The translations under genes were made by a program, and so were the position numbers. From Iphione sp. A-MEVVRFRX5 (taxonomy: Eukaryota), in NCBI GenBank assembly GCA_976226885.1, contig OZ320315.1, positions 96,968,001-97,032,000 on the forward strand: a stretch of 64,000 bases of DNA. The letters are read 5' to 3'. Shown here in pieces: positions 25,274-37,129 of this stretch; the stretch's first letter is position 1, and the number at the start of each line of letters is the position of its first letter. Below the pieces are notes generated by a model. That model was not told where the DNA came from. It did no database searches and worked only from the letters and a program-made list of their open reading frames with translations.

Positions 25274-26142
25274 TCAGTGAACTGAATTGCATTGAGTTTG
25301 GACTCTACTTTGGCTTACTAGGTCACTGACTCCCTCTTCCCGAATTTTTGAGGTGGTCTCCCTCAGTGAGTCCTTCAGTCGGGTCATTTCAAGTCTTGCA
25401 TGTCGTTGTCTGTACTCACTAATGCCAGCCCTAAGGGATTCGTCTCCCCTGTAAAAACTGGCTAGGGGGGCAGTCGGGGTGCTGTTCCTCAGGAGGAGAC
25501 CCATCTCTAGGGCTTCCTCCAAGAATTCTGCTCTAGTGTCTGCCTTAGTCTGAATAGCCAGTTTGCACATGCCTGCGTTCCAGCTTTCTATGAAGTTGGA
25601 GGAGAGATTCCGCAGCCAGGGTTGAGTCTGTGGAAGAGAGTGGTAAACTATATCGTTACTGGTTTGGTCGTTGGGGGACATTTGTTTTAGTCGTTTAAAT
25701 TGAATCTGTTTATTTTCTATTGGTCTTTTCCTTTTTTGATATGGTTCTCTGGCTCCCTTTGGGACAAATAGAGACATTCCATTGTCTGCATATACCTTAT
25801 GGTGCTCTTCAGTTATGTTTAGCTTGACCGTTGTGGGCTAACAATTTCATATATGATTGCATGTAATTCATTGCTCAGTTTTACAATTCGTTTCATCTTG
25901 TCCAATTCAGATAATATATCAGTGTTCCTTACCTCATAGTTGACTGGTCTTTTGGGGGCACGGTGCCTTTCGTCCGTTGGTGTGCAAGAGTTCAGGTCAT
26001 GTAGGTTGAATTTCCCCTTCTTTGGCTCAGGTGCAAGGTCCATATCGTCTGAATCTTCTTTCTCGTCTTCGAGGGACAGGTTCTGTAAACCACCTTCGTA
26101 CCCAGTGACTTCTTCTGTCGGATTGCAGAGCTGGGTCAACAT
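25274..26142 (-). pseudogene. Uncharacterised LINE-associated ORF (ORF-X), copy 1
   Basis: MLTQLC...YEGGLQNLSL...LPQTQPWLRNL...SWNAGMCKLAIQTKADT.AEFLEE; clear homolog at 37130-37761. Confidence 0.7.
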
Positions 26143-26299
26143 GTCTATTTTCCTTGAGTCGATTCATTCTCGTCGGCTGAAAAAATTGAATAGAACAGTG
26201 CTTTGATAAGTCACTGTGAGGAAACACCGGAGGCGGTTGTCTACCGAGTGTTAGCCTTGTGTCGGTGGGTCCTGGTCATGTTCCTTATAGAGAACACCT

Positions 26300-26960
26300 G
26301 AAAAAGGTGTCTAAGGTGTTGTTCGCTGCGTTGTTTGTCATGTGTGATCTATTTTTAGTACACATGGACTGGTTTTTATTCTTGTTCGGGTCACTTCTCT
26401 CCTACCTGTGGGGTTCATCGGATCCGTCATGGCTGTTCTTCCTTATTTTCTTTAGGTAAGTGCTGTTATTTATTGCATTCGATTTTTCTTATGTTTTATT
26501 ACTGTGGATATTGTTATGTTCCTCTGTTGTATTTTGATTTTCTAGACTTCTGTATATATATAACTTTTTCTTTCATGTGTTCGCGGTGCCAGGTGTAAAT
26601 GGTCAAAAAGTAGTGTGGTATGTGCCACAGTTTTAGTTGGGAGTCTGAAGTTACATTTGTCCAGTATATTGATTGTCCTCTCCTTCCCTACATGTGCATA
26701 GAAGTCCCCATCTTTGCATACAACCTCTTTCTTTGTCAGGTTACAAATACCCCCCATAATTATGACCCCTTCCACCTGATCTGCAATTGCACTATGTTCA
26801 GTTGTGCTCCCAAGCCTTTGTAGGTCATACCCAGGGAATTCATTTAGATATGTGAACTCCCTCTTGTTGCAACCGTTGTTCCAACCCCCTAGGACAAACT
26901 GGACCTGAAATTTTCATTTCTGTCTTGAATTATGGATAAATATTTGATAGTCTTACTTTC
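26300..26960 (-). pseudogene. SGNH esterase-like ORF remnant upstream of ORF-X
   Basis: PRGLEQRL (block I region), FPGYDLQRL (block II), VIIMGGICNLT (block III), KPVH motif. Confidence 0.6.
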
Positions 26961-28115
26961 TGTCCCTTTTTAATTTCTGACTACCTCACACTGTATCAAA
27001 ATAATAGGTGCTATCTCAAGTAGCATTGGGCTACTCACCCATCGTTCCACATACTGGTCAATCGGAATTCATCTTTTTGGACTGACTGCCTGCCAGGTCT
27101 CCTTCATGGTGTATCCACAGTTGGGGCAGCGTCGCACCATCACTAGATAAAATGAAGCAGTTGTTTATGATGACCTGGAATGCAGTCCCAGTCCAATTGC
27201 GCTGCACTGTGCCATTTGGGTTTCACTTGAATCCGCCTGTTTCATCTGTTAAGTCATCTGTGGGGTGAAGGCGTCTGGTGCCTGACTATGGTCCATGAAG
27301 ACCAGATCATCAATAGACTCACTCTTCGTTACCTGTTAAACGACCAACTATTAACACAAGCGAATTAAAAAAACTAGTATGGGTTTGAAAGTGGGACAAT
27401 ATACCCACTACAATAGATTTTCCGATTAAAGCATACCAATTCCAAGCGCACCCGACCCCTTCCCTCACCCATTAAAAATGTAAGATTTAAACAACATTAA
27501 AGTAAAGGTTGCTTTATAGTTACAGCTTCATATTAAAACCACAAGAAATACTACCTTGAACCACAAAATCGAACTCACTGGACAGGGGACTTTAACGTGG
27601 TAAAGCATAGAGCGAGATGCAAGGCTGAAAACGAAATGTTAGGAACATACCACCCTATCTAGACAGATAACAGCCAGATCTGTAGAGCTTGTTACATTAC
27701 TCAGTATTACTCAGTATCCTAGCGTGGACTGTATCGCACCACGTCTCATGTAAGGCACATGCGTAATCCCGCCGACAATTATACTATCCTATATGGCAAA
27801 TACAAATTTTCTGGTAATGTTTTCTGAGAAAAGACTATAGCAGCGCATTTAAATACTAAATACGTCTTATACCATTACCAATGTCTATACACTCCTATGA
27901 GTGAGTTGTACGGTGTTAGCCTGTCTCATTCTTTCAGATGAGTGAACACATTTGATGATTCAGTGCACATTTGAATGAATGAATGAATGAAGCTTTATTC
28001 ATGTCTCATGTTATACAACAGAGGTCTTCCGGGGAAGGTGAACATAGCAACCAATTATATACAAGAAAATACAATAACCGAGAAGACTAAATCAGTTTTG
28101 CTCATCCCTAGCTTA

Positions 28116-29612
28116 CTACAGGCATATCATTGACAGTGACTTTCTGAACTTGCTGAAGCAAGCCTTTGCTCTCAAATTATGTGGAAGGCTTTTCCAAGTT
28201 GTCACACTTTTGTACCAGAAACACTTCTTAGCACCACTTGATCTCGGCTTGTAGATAGTAAGTATTGGTCCTTGACTTATTCTGGTTCTTTTTCTTAGTC
28301 TTTTGGGGCTACATAAACCTAATGACACAAGTCTATGGACCAGCATAACTCCTTGCCTAATGCCTCTTTCTTCAAGAGATTGGATGCCTAGGCGTTGTCT
28401 CAAATTCTTGGCCGACATCTGTTTTTTTCTGCTACAAAACACCACTCTTTTGAGTAGGCTGTTGTACTCAGCCTGCATTACTGACTTAATTTTTTGACTT
28501 TTGTTCATCAAGTGACACAGACAATAGTCGAAAATGGGATCAACAAATGCTCTGAAGATCCTAGCTCGATCCCTGAAGCATAACAGATCGCTCACTTTGG
28601 CTAGACTATAACTTCTCTGCCTGGCTACCTTTCTTACTTCTCTCAATTGAGCCTTCCAGTCCAGCTTCACGTCTAGCTTGAAGCCCAGAAATTTAACCTC
28701 TTGTTTCATATCCAGTGACTCACCATTCAGACACAAGTGTAGATCCAGTAAGGGTCCATTTCCAAACACCATGTAGTGGCTTTTGCTTGGATTCAATACT
28801 AAGCCGTTTTCAGCACACCAATTGGCTACATCTCTTAGACAACGTAATTTTAACCTTAAGGCCATCAAATTTGGTGACTGACAATAAATCGTTATATCGT
28901 CTGCATACATAAGAACATTACCAATTACAAGAAATTTTGGTAGGGAATTCATGATGATGCTGAACAACAGTGGGCCAAGATGGCTCCCCTGGGGGACCCC
29001 CTGCCTTACTGAACAAATACCTGAGTCAATATTGTTACAGCTCACGTACTGTTTGCGGTCAATTAGGTACGATACTACCCAGCTTAGTGTTTTTTGGGCA
29101 ACACCTGCATTTCTTAAACTGTTCACAATGCATTTTAGGTTAACAACATCAAATGCAGCCGTTAGATCAAGAAAAATACAACCCAAGTGATTATTTATGT
29201 TCATGGCATTAGCAGCTTCTTTCATTAACAGACCCATCGCAGTAGCTGTACCCCGCCCCTTTCGAAAGCCGTGCTGCTCCTTTGCCATTTGTCCTGTATT
29301 TTCTAGATAATCCGATAATTTCGATTGTACATGACCCTCAATTATTTTTCCCATGATACTTGTAATGGAAACAGGTCTGTAATTTTCTTTTACATCAACA
29401 GGCTTTTTCTTGAGTAATGGGGTAACTCTTGCTATTTTCCATGCTGATAAGAAGTGACTGCTGGATAGACTCATGTTGACCATGGCAAGTATGATACCTA
29501 TGATACATATGATTGTATCCTTCAACACAACCATTGGGACACCAGTAATACCACTCGATTTCCTCTCGTCCAGCGCAATAGCTCCTCCTCTGTCATCAAT
29601 GGAACATCCCAA
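28116..29612 (-). CDS. LINE reverse transcriptase plus C-terminal domain (longest intact RT frame; start region frameshifted)
   Basis: WKIARVTPLLKK, NYRPVSI, QHGFRKG, FLDLTAAFD, GVPQGSHLGPLLF, YADD, VKFLGFKLD. Confidence 0.93.
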   Translation of the reverse strand: MGCSIDDRGGAIALDERKSSGITGVPMVVLKDTIICIIGIILAMVNMSLSSSHFLSAWKIARVTPLLKKKPVDVKENYRPVSITSIMGKIIEGHVQSKLSDYLENTGQMAKEQHGFRKGRGTATAMGLLMKEAANAMNINNHLGCIFLDLTAAFDVVNLKCIVNSLRNAGVAQKTLSWVVSYLIDRKQYVSCNNIDSGICSVRQGVPQGSHLGPLLFSIIMNSLPKFLVIGNVLMYADDITIYCQSPNLMALRLKLRCLRDVANWCAENGLVLNPSKSHYMVFGNGPLLDLHLCLNGESLDMKQEVKFLGFKLDVKLDWKAQLREVRKVARQRSYSLAKVSDLLCFRDRARIFRAFVDPIFDYCLCHLMNKSQKIKSVMQAEYNSLLKRVVFCSRKKQMSAKNLRQRLGIQSLEERGIRQGVMLVHRLVSLGLCSPKRLRKRTRISQGPILTIYKPRSSGAKKCFWYKSVTTWKSLPHNLRAKACFSKFRKSLSMICL

Positions 29613-30166
29613 GCTGGCTTTACATTCTGACTCCGTTGTAATGTAATGTTTCCTTCCACTTTACACAACAATAATTCAGCTTTTTGGACAAAGAAGACAT
29701 TAAAAATGTTAGCACTCATTTCTGGCTTACAGATATCACCATTTTCTACCAGTTGTATCACTGGTTTTGTGTAAGTCTTACCCAGTACTGCGCTGATTAT
29801 TGTACGTCAGTAGTCCTTTGCAGTTTGACATCGATCAAGCTTATCTTTTACAAAGTTCCTCTTAGCTTTTTTCACAAGTACCATTACAAGTTGCCTGTAA
29901 AACTTACCGATGAGATAAGAATCAATTCTACCAGTGTTCCTGAAATAGTCTCGATTTCGTATGGCATCATCAATTTCAAAATTATACCACGGATGTTGTT
30001 TTCTGACCATTCGTGTTTTCATAGGACACAACTCGGTTACACACTGTTGCATAGCTTCCACTGTCTTATCCCATACTTCGTCCATATTGTCCATATTTAC
30101 TAAAGGGAAATCACTAGTAATTGGTAACATGTCCCGAAGAGCGGTTCTGCTGTATGTTGAGTACGT

Positions 30167-30868
30167 TCATGTTTCATATGTTGTGATGGTGCTACGCTCC
30201 CTAGGTTTTTTATTTACAACAAATACTGGACTGTGGTCGCTTGCACTGATGTCCAGAGTACCACTACCAGTCAAGTATTTCATGTTGCTGAACATTAAAT
30301 CCAAGCAAGACACTGCTGTTTTGTGAATCAGGGTCTGCCCTTCAATCCTCTGCGAAAGGCCTGACTCCATCAGTGTTTGCAATGTATGTTTATTCGATGA
30401 GTCCTGCAACCAATTGACATTGAAGTCTCCGCATATCATAACGTCCACCCTTTGCGGGATTTCTTTGCAAAGTGACATAAAACGATCACAGACAAGACCA
30501 ATACGTGTCGGCGGTGGACAAAAACACACACATAGAAATAGGCTTTTTCTGTATTTACAATCGATTTTTAACCACATCGCTTCCATTCCATCTTCCATTC
30601 TATTGAAATTAATTAGCTCACTCACAACACTCTCACTACTGACATACGCACATAGGCCACCTCCCTTGCTCTTGCTATCTACCGATCTGTCCTGTCTGAA
30701 AAGCATGTAGTCAGGAATCATTAGTTGACAGTCACTCACACTTGCAGACAGCCACGTTTCAACAATACCCATAAATAAAGGTTTTTCCCTAACTATACAT
30801 GATTTCACCTCATTTATCTTTGGCAGCACACTCCTGGCATTCCACAGTATCATTTCACGACCCTTCAT
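30167..30868 (-). CDS. LINE APE endonuclease
   Basis: ILWNARSV, IVETWL, GGGLCAYV, GDFNVNW, CLDLMF, SDHSPV. Confidence 0.93.
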   Translation of the reverse strand: MKGREMILWNARSVLPKINEVKSCIVREKPLFMGIVETWLSASVSDCQLMIPDYMLFRQDRSVDSKSKGGGLCAYVSSESVVSELINFNRMEDGMEAMWLKIDCKYRKSLFLCVCFCPPPTRIGLVCDRFMSLCKEIPQRVDVMICGDFNVNWLQDSSNKHTLQTLMESGLSQRIEGQTLIHKTAVSCLDLMFSNMKYLTGSGTLDISASDHSPVFVVNKKPRERSTITTYET

Positions 30869-30972
30869 TGTGGTATATTATACACCAACAAATCAATATA
30901 TACCTTTAAAGATCCTTTTATTCACGCGATATAGCTGTGTAATAACGCATTAAGATCACTTATTTCATTTAA

Positions 30973-31524
30973 TTAAGCAACCGGTGGCAAATGGGATACG
31001 TAATCCCCTACATTCATTGCCCAGTTGTTGCATATGTAGCTGGGCACTTGCATGTCAGCATCCAGTTCCTCCGGTCTGAAGATTACCTGTGATCCAATAT
31101 AATCGTGGACCGGCCATGCAGTCTCCGGTGTATTCAGTCCATTTAACAGGTTTACCTCCTTCACTGCTAAGTTGAATAGGCTAACCTGCGCGTTCGCCAT
31201 GTTCTGCTCTTCATTGTCAGCCCTACTTAGTTTGGCACCATGTTTTGGCAGGAATAGCACACGGTGGCCTAAGTTGTTATTGAAGAATATTGAGATAGCT
31301 AACAAGGCTGGTTGCACCAAGTTCTCGATACCGTTCCATACCACATCCATAGGGTAAATGTCTCCATTATCATGTTTGAACAAAGTATTATAGCCAAGAT
31401 GAATGACTGTCAGACTAAATGGAGTATTTACTAGGATTGGCACCTGCGTCATGAAATCCTCGAGAGTTCCATAATTCTCAGATTGAGTCACCCAAATCAG
31501 CTTGTCATGGTAAATATGCGTCAT
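30973..31524 (-). CDS. Divergent SGNH-like protein; catalytic His motif not evident
   Basis: VIHLGYN (block III-like); FNLAVKEVNLLNGLNTPETAWPVH parallels INNLIVKKN...TPWLEAPVH of 59991-60632. Confidence 0.6.
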   Translation of the reverse strand: MTHIYHDKLIWVTQSENYGTLEDFMTQVPILVNTPFSLTVIHLGYNTLFKHDNGDIYPMDVVWNGIENLVQPALLAISIFFNNNLGHRVLFLPKHGAKLSRADNEEQNMANAQVSLFNLAVKEVNLLNGLNTPETAWPVHDYIGSQVIFRPEELDADMQVPSYICNNWAMNVGDYVSHLPPVA

Positions 31525-32959
31525 GGCTCGACCTAATGCGACCCCCGTCTGATCGCAGATGTACCTTCTTCCTCCAGGACCTTGTTCTGTGAATTAGGAT
31601 GGATTGTAGGTTGTACTCTGATTTTTTCCTCCAGTGCACTTATCCGACTCAATGCCAAATTCAGCGTCTCCCTTAGAGCAGTGATGTCGTCCAAGAGTTT
31701 CCCAATTAGGCTCTCATGAACTTGCCTGTCGTTGTTGGATTCATGCCGAATACACTGCAGTTCCTGAAGCACCTGCTTCTCTGTCTCCAATATCTGGTAT
31801 AAGGCCTTCGTTACTAGAGACCCTTGGTTTAGGCTCCTATAGTCATCCGTGCGCTCCCCCTCACTTTCTCCGCGGGAGACACCGCCAGCGTCTCCCGGCA
31901 ATGTGGGCGATGCCCGTCATTGTTTGAATGTCCAGTTTGGTAACCATCATCAGTATTTACTCCTATTGTAACCAGCTGCGGCTTGTTCTTATCTTTCTCT
32001 ACTGGCTTGACCACTTTAGACCGTGTCATCCTCAGTAGTAGATATCGATTTGACGGTTATGTTACCTTTAGATGCACTTTTAAATTACTTTGGTGGAGAG
32101 CACTCTCGAGACACGTCTGTCCTCCTCAGATGATGTATCTATTTCACAAAAAAATCTGACAACCTGACAGCAATGCTGTCCAGCAGCCGCATTGAAATGA
32201 CAACTGTCAATAAGCTTTGAAGTATTTTATGATTGGTTACACTTATGGTTCCGCGAGTGGATGACCGTACCAACCCATGGTGTCAGCATGACTGTGCGGC
32301 GGTGGCTGCTGTGATCTAGTTATCTTGAAAACTGCTACACTGATAACTGATAACAAAAGGGTTGATCAGATACTTAATGTTGAAGGTGGAAATCTTAGGT
32401 CCGGTGATTGTAGAAAAGGTGAATTGACATGAAGAGAAATAACGCAGGAGGAAAATAACGCAGTATAAGCTCTTTCGCATCCTGCAACTCGCATTGGAAT
32501 TGGGCTAGCATGTCGCACGATGAGTTGGTACCTGTGAATATTCGTCTAACAATGATTGAACCACGGTGACCATCAGCCTATATGGCAAAGTGTGGAAATA
32601 TATCACATAGTCACTGTTTGGATTAGCGTTGGAAGGTGTGAGAGTAGATGACAGAGCGAGATGACCAGGCGACCTGCGACAATAAAGCTGTGAAAACATT
32701 ACGTACGAATGATTAAACATAGGGACGTCTAACAAAAACATTTGTTATTACGATTTGGACAAAGTATATACATTCTGAATACACTAGAAAATGGTAAGGC
32801 ATGACAATACAATTAAGAACAAAAAATCCGTGGGCAAATTTAATGATTTTTACAATTCAACCAATACCTTCTTCGCGTCTTGATTAACTGGGGGTTGAGG
32901 GTGTTCTTGTTGACAATGATCGGGGGTCACAGGTACAATACTAGTGTTAAACGATGTCA

Positions 32960-33640
32960 TAGTAGTAGACTGTTTAGGAGGAGGAGGTTGGAGAGAATCA
33001 CTTGTTGTAGGTCAATGGAAGGTCTCTTGTACACCTGCGTTGCTTTTCCACTATGGCCAGTGATATTTCTTTCTCTCTGGAAATGCTAGCCATCTGAAAC
33101 ATATCTTTCATATAGGAGCTCAATTTATTCACTCGACCATTTTTGACTACTGAACGTGAAGGGGTCCCTAATATAATCTGCCATTGCCTGGAATAGTATT
33201 GTGATATTTTCAAAATAGCTTCACAATACATCTTGGGTTTGTTGGTTGTGCATAGTACTTTACAATACAAGGTGCAGTCTTAAAATTTGTCTGTGACGGT
33301 TTTTGCTAATCTGCCATTGTATTGCACATAGGTCCTTCCGTCTTGTTCTCTGTCAAAAGAATACTGATCTGCGATAAGACCATTGTGCTCGTCCTTGGCT
33401 CTAAAACCAAATGCTTTACAGTTATAAGAATACACTCCAAATGATAGAGGCTGTGCATTCTGATCCCCAATAGTCCAAGATTCCCACAATGTAGCTTCAT
33501 CATTGACGGTCACTGGGTCAGCATGCATCAGAGTCGTCCCAATGCCTTTGGCTATCAGGACCTTTCTACGGGCATCAAGTGCATCTCTAAATGTCTTGAA
33601 ATTGGGATCAGTCTTCGTGAGTAACCATATATCAGATCTG
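32960..33640 (-). mobile_element. Crypton-type tyrosine recombinase fragment, copy 2
   Basis: FRDALDARRKVLIAKGIG, DEATLW, YNCKAFGFRAKDEH, YNGRLAKT, NPRCIVKLF, ITGHSGKAT, VYKRPS; homologous to 6990-7570. Confidence 0.85.
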
Positions 33641-33889
33641 TGTCATTTTCACCGGTAAATATTCATACATACATGATATGTATTTGCAACCAGTATAAAC
33701 ATGTTTCACTTAATGTTTATGCGTGCATTGTCACAAGTTATATAATGATAGTACATACTATTGGGTTGTCGGAGAGTACATGGCATTAAATGACATATTT
33801 CAGTTACCCGAGAACAATTGTTGTTAACAAATTTGGGAGCACTTGCATACTCAACATATGCATACTCAACTTATAGTTTATAGTTGCCA

Positions 33890-34268
33890 GGATTACATCC
33901 AGCATCACATGTTAATGAATGTGTTACCATTTTGGTAGTTGCTCTGTCATATTGATTTTTATCTTTTGCCATTTATACATTTACACAGGTTTAATATGTA
34001 GATGCATGGATTATATCCAGCAATTGTTGATGCTTACAATATCATACTGTGTTAATAAAAGTAACTTGCAGCAGTAGAATTTATAGTAGTATTATATATG
34101 TTAATGTCATTTATGATAGGATCACATCCAGTATAATAAAGCGTTGTATATTACATGTTTACCTCTAATTTTGTGTATGTATGCTAGGATTACATCCAGC
34201 AGAGTTATTTTTACTTAATATAATAATTTTCAATATCTCCAAATTTTAGATGTATAGGATTACATCCA
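33890..34268. repeat. Five dispersed GGAT(T/C)A(C/T)ATCCA motifs in AT-rich sequence
   Basis: Starts at 33890, 34008, 34119, 34187 and 34257, with unrelated spacers. Confidence 0.7.
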
Positions 34269-34399
34269 TTTATACTATGAATATTGCGGATTAGGACTTT
34301 TGCATCAGGGTACTAGAAAGTTACACCGGATCTTACTGTTATACCTCATTCTTTTCCATAGTGATTTCATGGCTTTGCTATTGTAATTTGTTTCATCTG

Positions 34400-35800
34400 T
34401 AGTTAAACTCCCCCCCATAATATTGTCTTGAATTTATACTGTGGGGAATACCTGTAAAATTTCTTTCTTTGGCCATTGGATAGGTATCTGAGGTTTATCC
34501 TTACTCCTAGTAGCTTTAATTTTGTTTTGTAACAGTGTGTACCCAATTTGTAGAGTCACGGTTGCCAGACAACTCTTGGCCTCCTCATCTCATGCAGGTC
34601 CCATATTGGGGTATACAAATGCTACTTTATATATATTTCTTCTTAAAGTTATTAATTTACTTATATGATCACCAGACATTGTACAAATACTATACAGCCA
34701 TAATCTAGAATTGGCATAATCATAGTGTTCATTATCTTAACTGCCAGATCTTTCGACATATATTTTCTAATCAATCTAAAGTGTTTAAGTATCCTATAAC
34801 CTCTCTTTATTAGCTGTAATGCATAACTTTTCCAATTCAGATTTGAATCAACAGTTATACCTAGGTATTTAAAATATGATACTCCTTCAAGAGTATTGGA
34901 TCCCATTTTGATATTTAGCAGGTCATTTTTCTTTCTGCACTTAAATCTCTATCTTACTATCTTTATCAGTATTTTATTCAGATCTGCCCATTTCTGAATC
35001 TTATTCAAGTTGTGTTCCAAACATCTCTTACACTGGGCAATATCTACACCAGTACTTATTATGGCTATATCATCAGCATATACTATACTAGTACAAAAGT
35101 CTAGACATTGTGGAGTGTCATTTATAAATATTATAAACATCAGTGGCCCCATTATTGAGCCTTGTGGGACACCACAGTTAATTCCCTTTTTCTTTTGAGG
35201 TTTTATCTTGTATCTTTGTCATTTGTGTCCTATCAGTCAGGTATGATGCCAGCCATAGTAATATACTGTCAAATCCCAATTGCTGCATTTTATATAGTAA
35301 AATCTCATGAGACACTGAGTCAAATTCCTTAGAAAAGTCGATATATGCCACGGCGACTTTCTTATTATCATTAATACCTGAAGAAATTCGAAAGACGGAG
35401 TATATTGCAGTGTCGGTCCCATGGTGTTTCCTAAACCCATTCTGCTCTTTGGTGATCAAGTTGTCTTCTAGATATTTAATTATTCTATCTTGCATTACTC
35501 TTTCCATTATTTTGCTAATTATTGGCAATTGGCTAATTGGCTGATAGTTACAAGGAATTAATTTGTCACCGCCCTTGTAAATGACAGTTACTTGTGCCCT
35601 TTTCCAGAGTTGGGCACTTCACCGCTATGAAAAGAACAATCGATTATATCTCTTCAGATATCAGTATGGTAAATATATCTTTCCAAATATTTGTAGGGAT
35701 ATCATTCAGTTAACTAGCCTTGTTTTTTAACTAGCCTTGTTTGCTCATCATCTCTGCACATTCAGTCAATTTATTGAATCAGCTACATCGACCCTACTGA
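34400..35800 (-). pseudogene. LINE RT and C-terminus, fragmented
   Basis: QNGFRKHHGTDTA, YIDFSKEFD, GVPQGSIMGP, YADD, FKYLGITVD. Confidence 0.9.
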
Positions 35801-36032
35801 AACATTGAGAGAATCTCATTTATTGAGAGATTGTTCAAATTACAAGTTTTCCATAGAAGAAGCGTCTGAGGGTATCAATTACGTAGGTGGCAGCCATGTC
35901 TTAGACATCCAAGGGGTGGGGATAACATGGGCCCGATTCATCAACATGATTTGTTCGAAATGGAAAGGTGCCCTACGTGTGGTGTGCGTGCAAGTGATGG
36001 TGTTATGTAACACCATTATAAGCCCAAGTCAT

Positions 36033-36964
36033 TTAATGTTGTTCACATTCCTCTCTTATCCTGGTTCGAACCTTTACCAAGAAACGTCCAGTCCAGTTCT
36101 CTCCAGGGTAATTTCCTTTCTTTATCCTTTTCGAGTGTCTATATACACCAGAACATATGTCTGGTTCCCTCCACTAAGTGTGCATGTTCAGATGTAAGGA
36201 GCATCACCCTGGCATTGATATCCTGGGTAAATTTGCTCATCAAGATCTCCTCCATCATCTCAATTTTCTTTTTTTGCCATTGTGGAATCCTTGGGAGTGA
36301 TTGCCTCAGTCTCTTCCTTATAACTCCTAGTTCAAAGTGCGGTAGCTAATTTCGAATGCAAATCAGCAGCCTGGCATTTCCCATATGTATATGCCTGTTC
36401 TGCAGATTCATTTCCAATGGAATCGGATAGAACATTTGTCTGACCAGCAAAACATATGTTTTTTTCCAGTTCTCTGAAATAAAAACGAATGTCATTGGTT
36501 TTAAATCTGCTACCACTTTGTATTCTGCTCGTGTTGAAGTTATTGGTATTGGTTTTTACTGTTATTTCTCTATGTCTTTCAGTCCTCATAGATTTGCCAG
36601 ATTCATTTGAATCTGTTGTTAAGGTACCTGTTGTATCATTTTTTATGCAGTCTGCCTCATCGGTCAGCTGTGCAAATCTATTCGTTACCTCTAGGCTTGA
36701 AGTACTTACTAGGAACGCCATAGAGCTTGCAGTACTTGAATCTCGTGGTCGTTCAGGTCCATTCTGGTGGTTTTTGTTGCGTTCTCTGGGGCTGGGTCTG
36801 GGGGTGGCCTTTTTCGGCCTCCCGAACTTGATCCACCTTTCGTCTGTGGGGGTCCCCGCAGACCCAGCTGTTGAAAAGGGCGTTGTCCCCTGGTTGGAGC
36901 TTGGTGGATGGGCACCAGTACTTGCATCGTGAGATTCATCATTAATAGGCTTTCTTGACGGCAT
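36033..36964 (-). pseudogene. LINE ORF1 with internal deletion and NADAR remnant (36033-36480)
   Basis: Disordered N-terminus with NRFAQL; ICFAGQTNVLS..SAEQAYTYGK; LMSKFTQD...LLTSEHAHLVEGTRHMFW; GENWTGRFLVKVRTRIREEC. Confidence 0.75.
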
Positions 36965-37129
36965 TCAATATCCTCTCTGGTCTCTCTCTCTACCCTCTCG
37001 TTGCATGCATTTATGTATGCTCTACAGTCTGTTATTTGACTGACTGTCAGTCGGGATTCGACTTTTGCAATGTCAGCTGCGGCCTATATGCTCTACAGTC
37101 TGTTATTTGACTGGCTGTCAGTCAGGATT

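Larger units (their letters stand above)
27972..32130 (-). mobile_element. Near-complete CR1/L2-group LINE: coiled-coil ORF, SGNH-like ORF, APE-RT, 3' AATAAA plus (TTCA)n tail
   Basis: Ordered ORFs 32029-31533, 31524-30973, 30868-30167, 30130-29522, 29612-28116. Minus-strand AATAAA at 27994-27999 followed by (TTCA)5 at 27972-27991. Confidence 0.92.

Noticed and set aside
27030-27300. Possible exon with CPNCG zinc-ribbon and donor ATGG|GTGAGT
   Set aside because: Too short, interrupted by a stop, and no second supporting motif.
33890-34268. CRISPR-like repeat-spacer array
   Set aside because: Repeats are only ~12 bp, spacers are long and irregular, there are no cas genes, and the context is eukaryotic.
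35840-35960. Possible further SGNH C-terminal remnant (NRAHVIPTPWMSK...RRFFYGKL) after the 36-kb NADAR
   Set aside because: It fits the architecture but lacks the DxxH motif; too weak to list as a feature.
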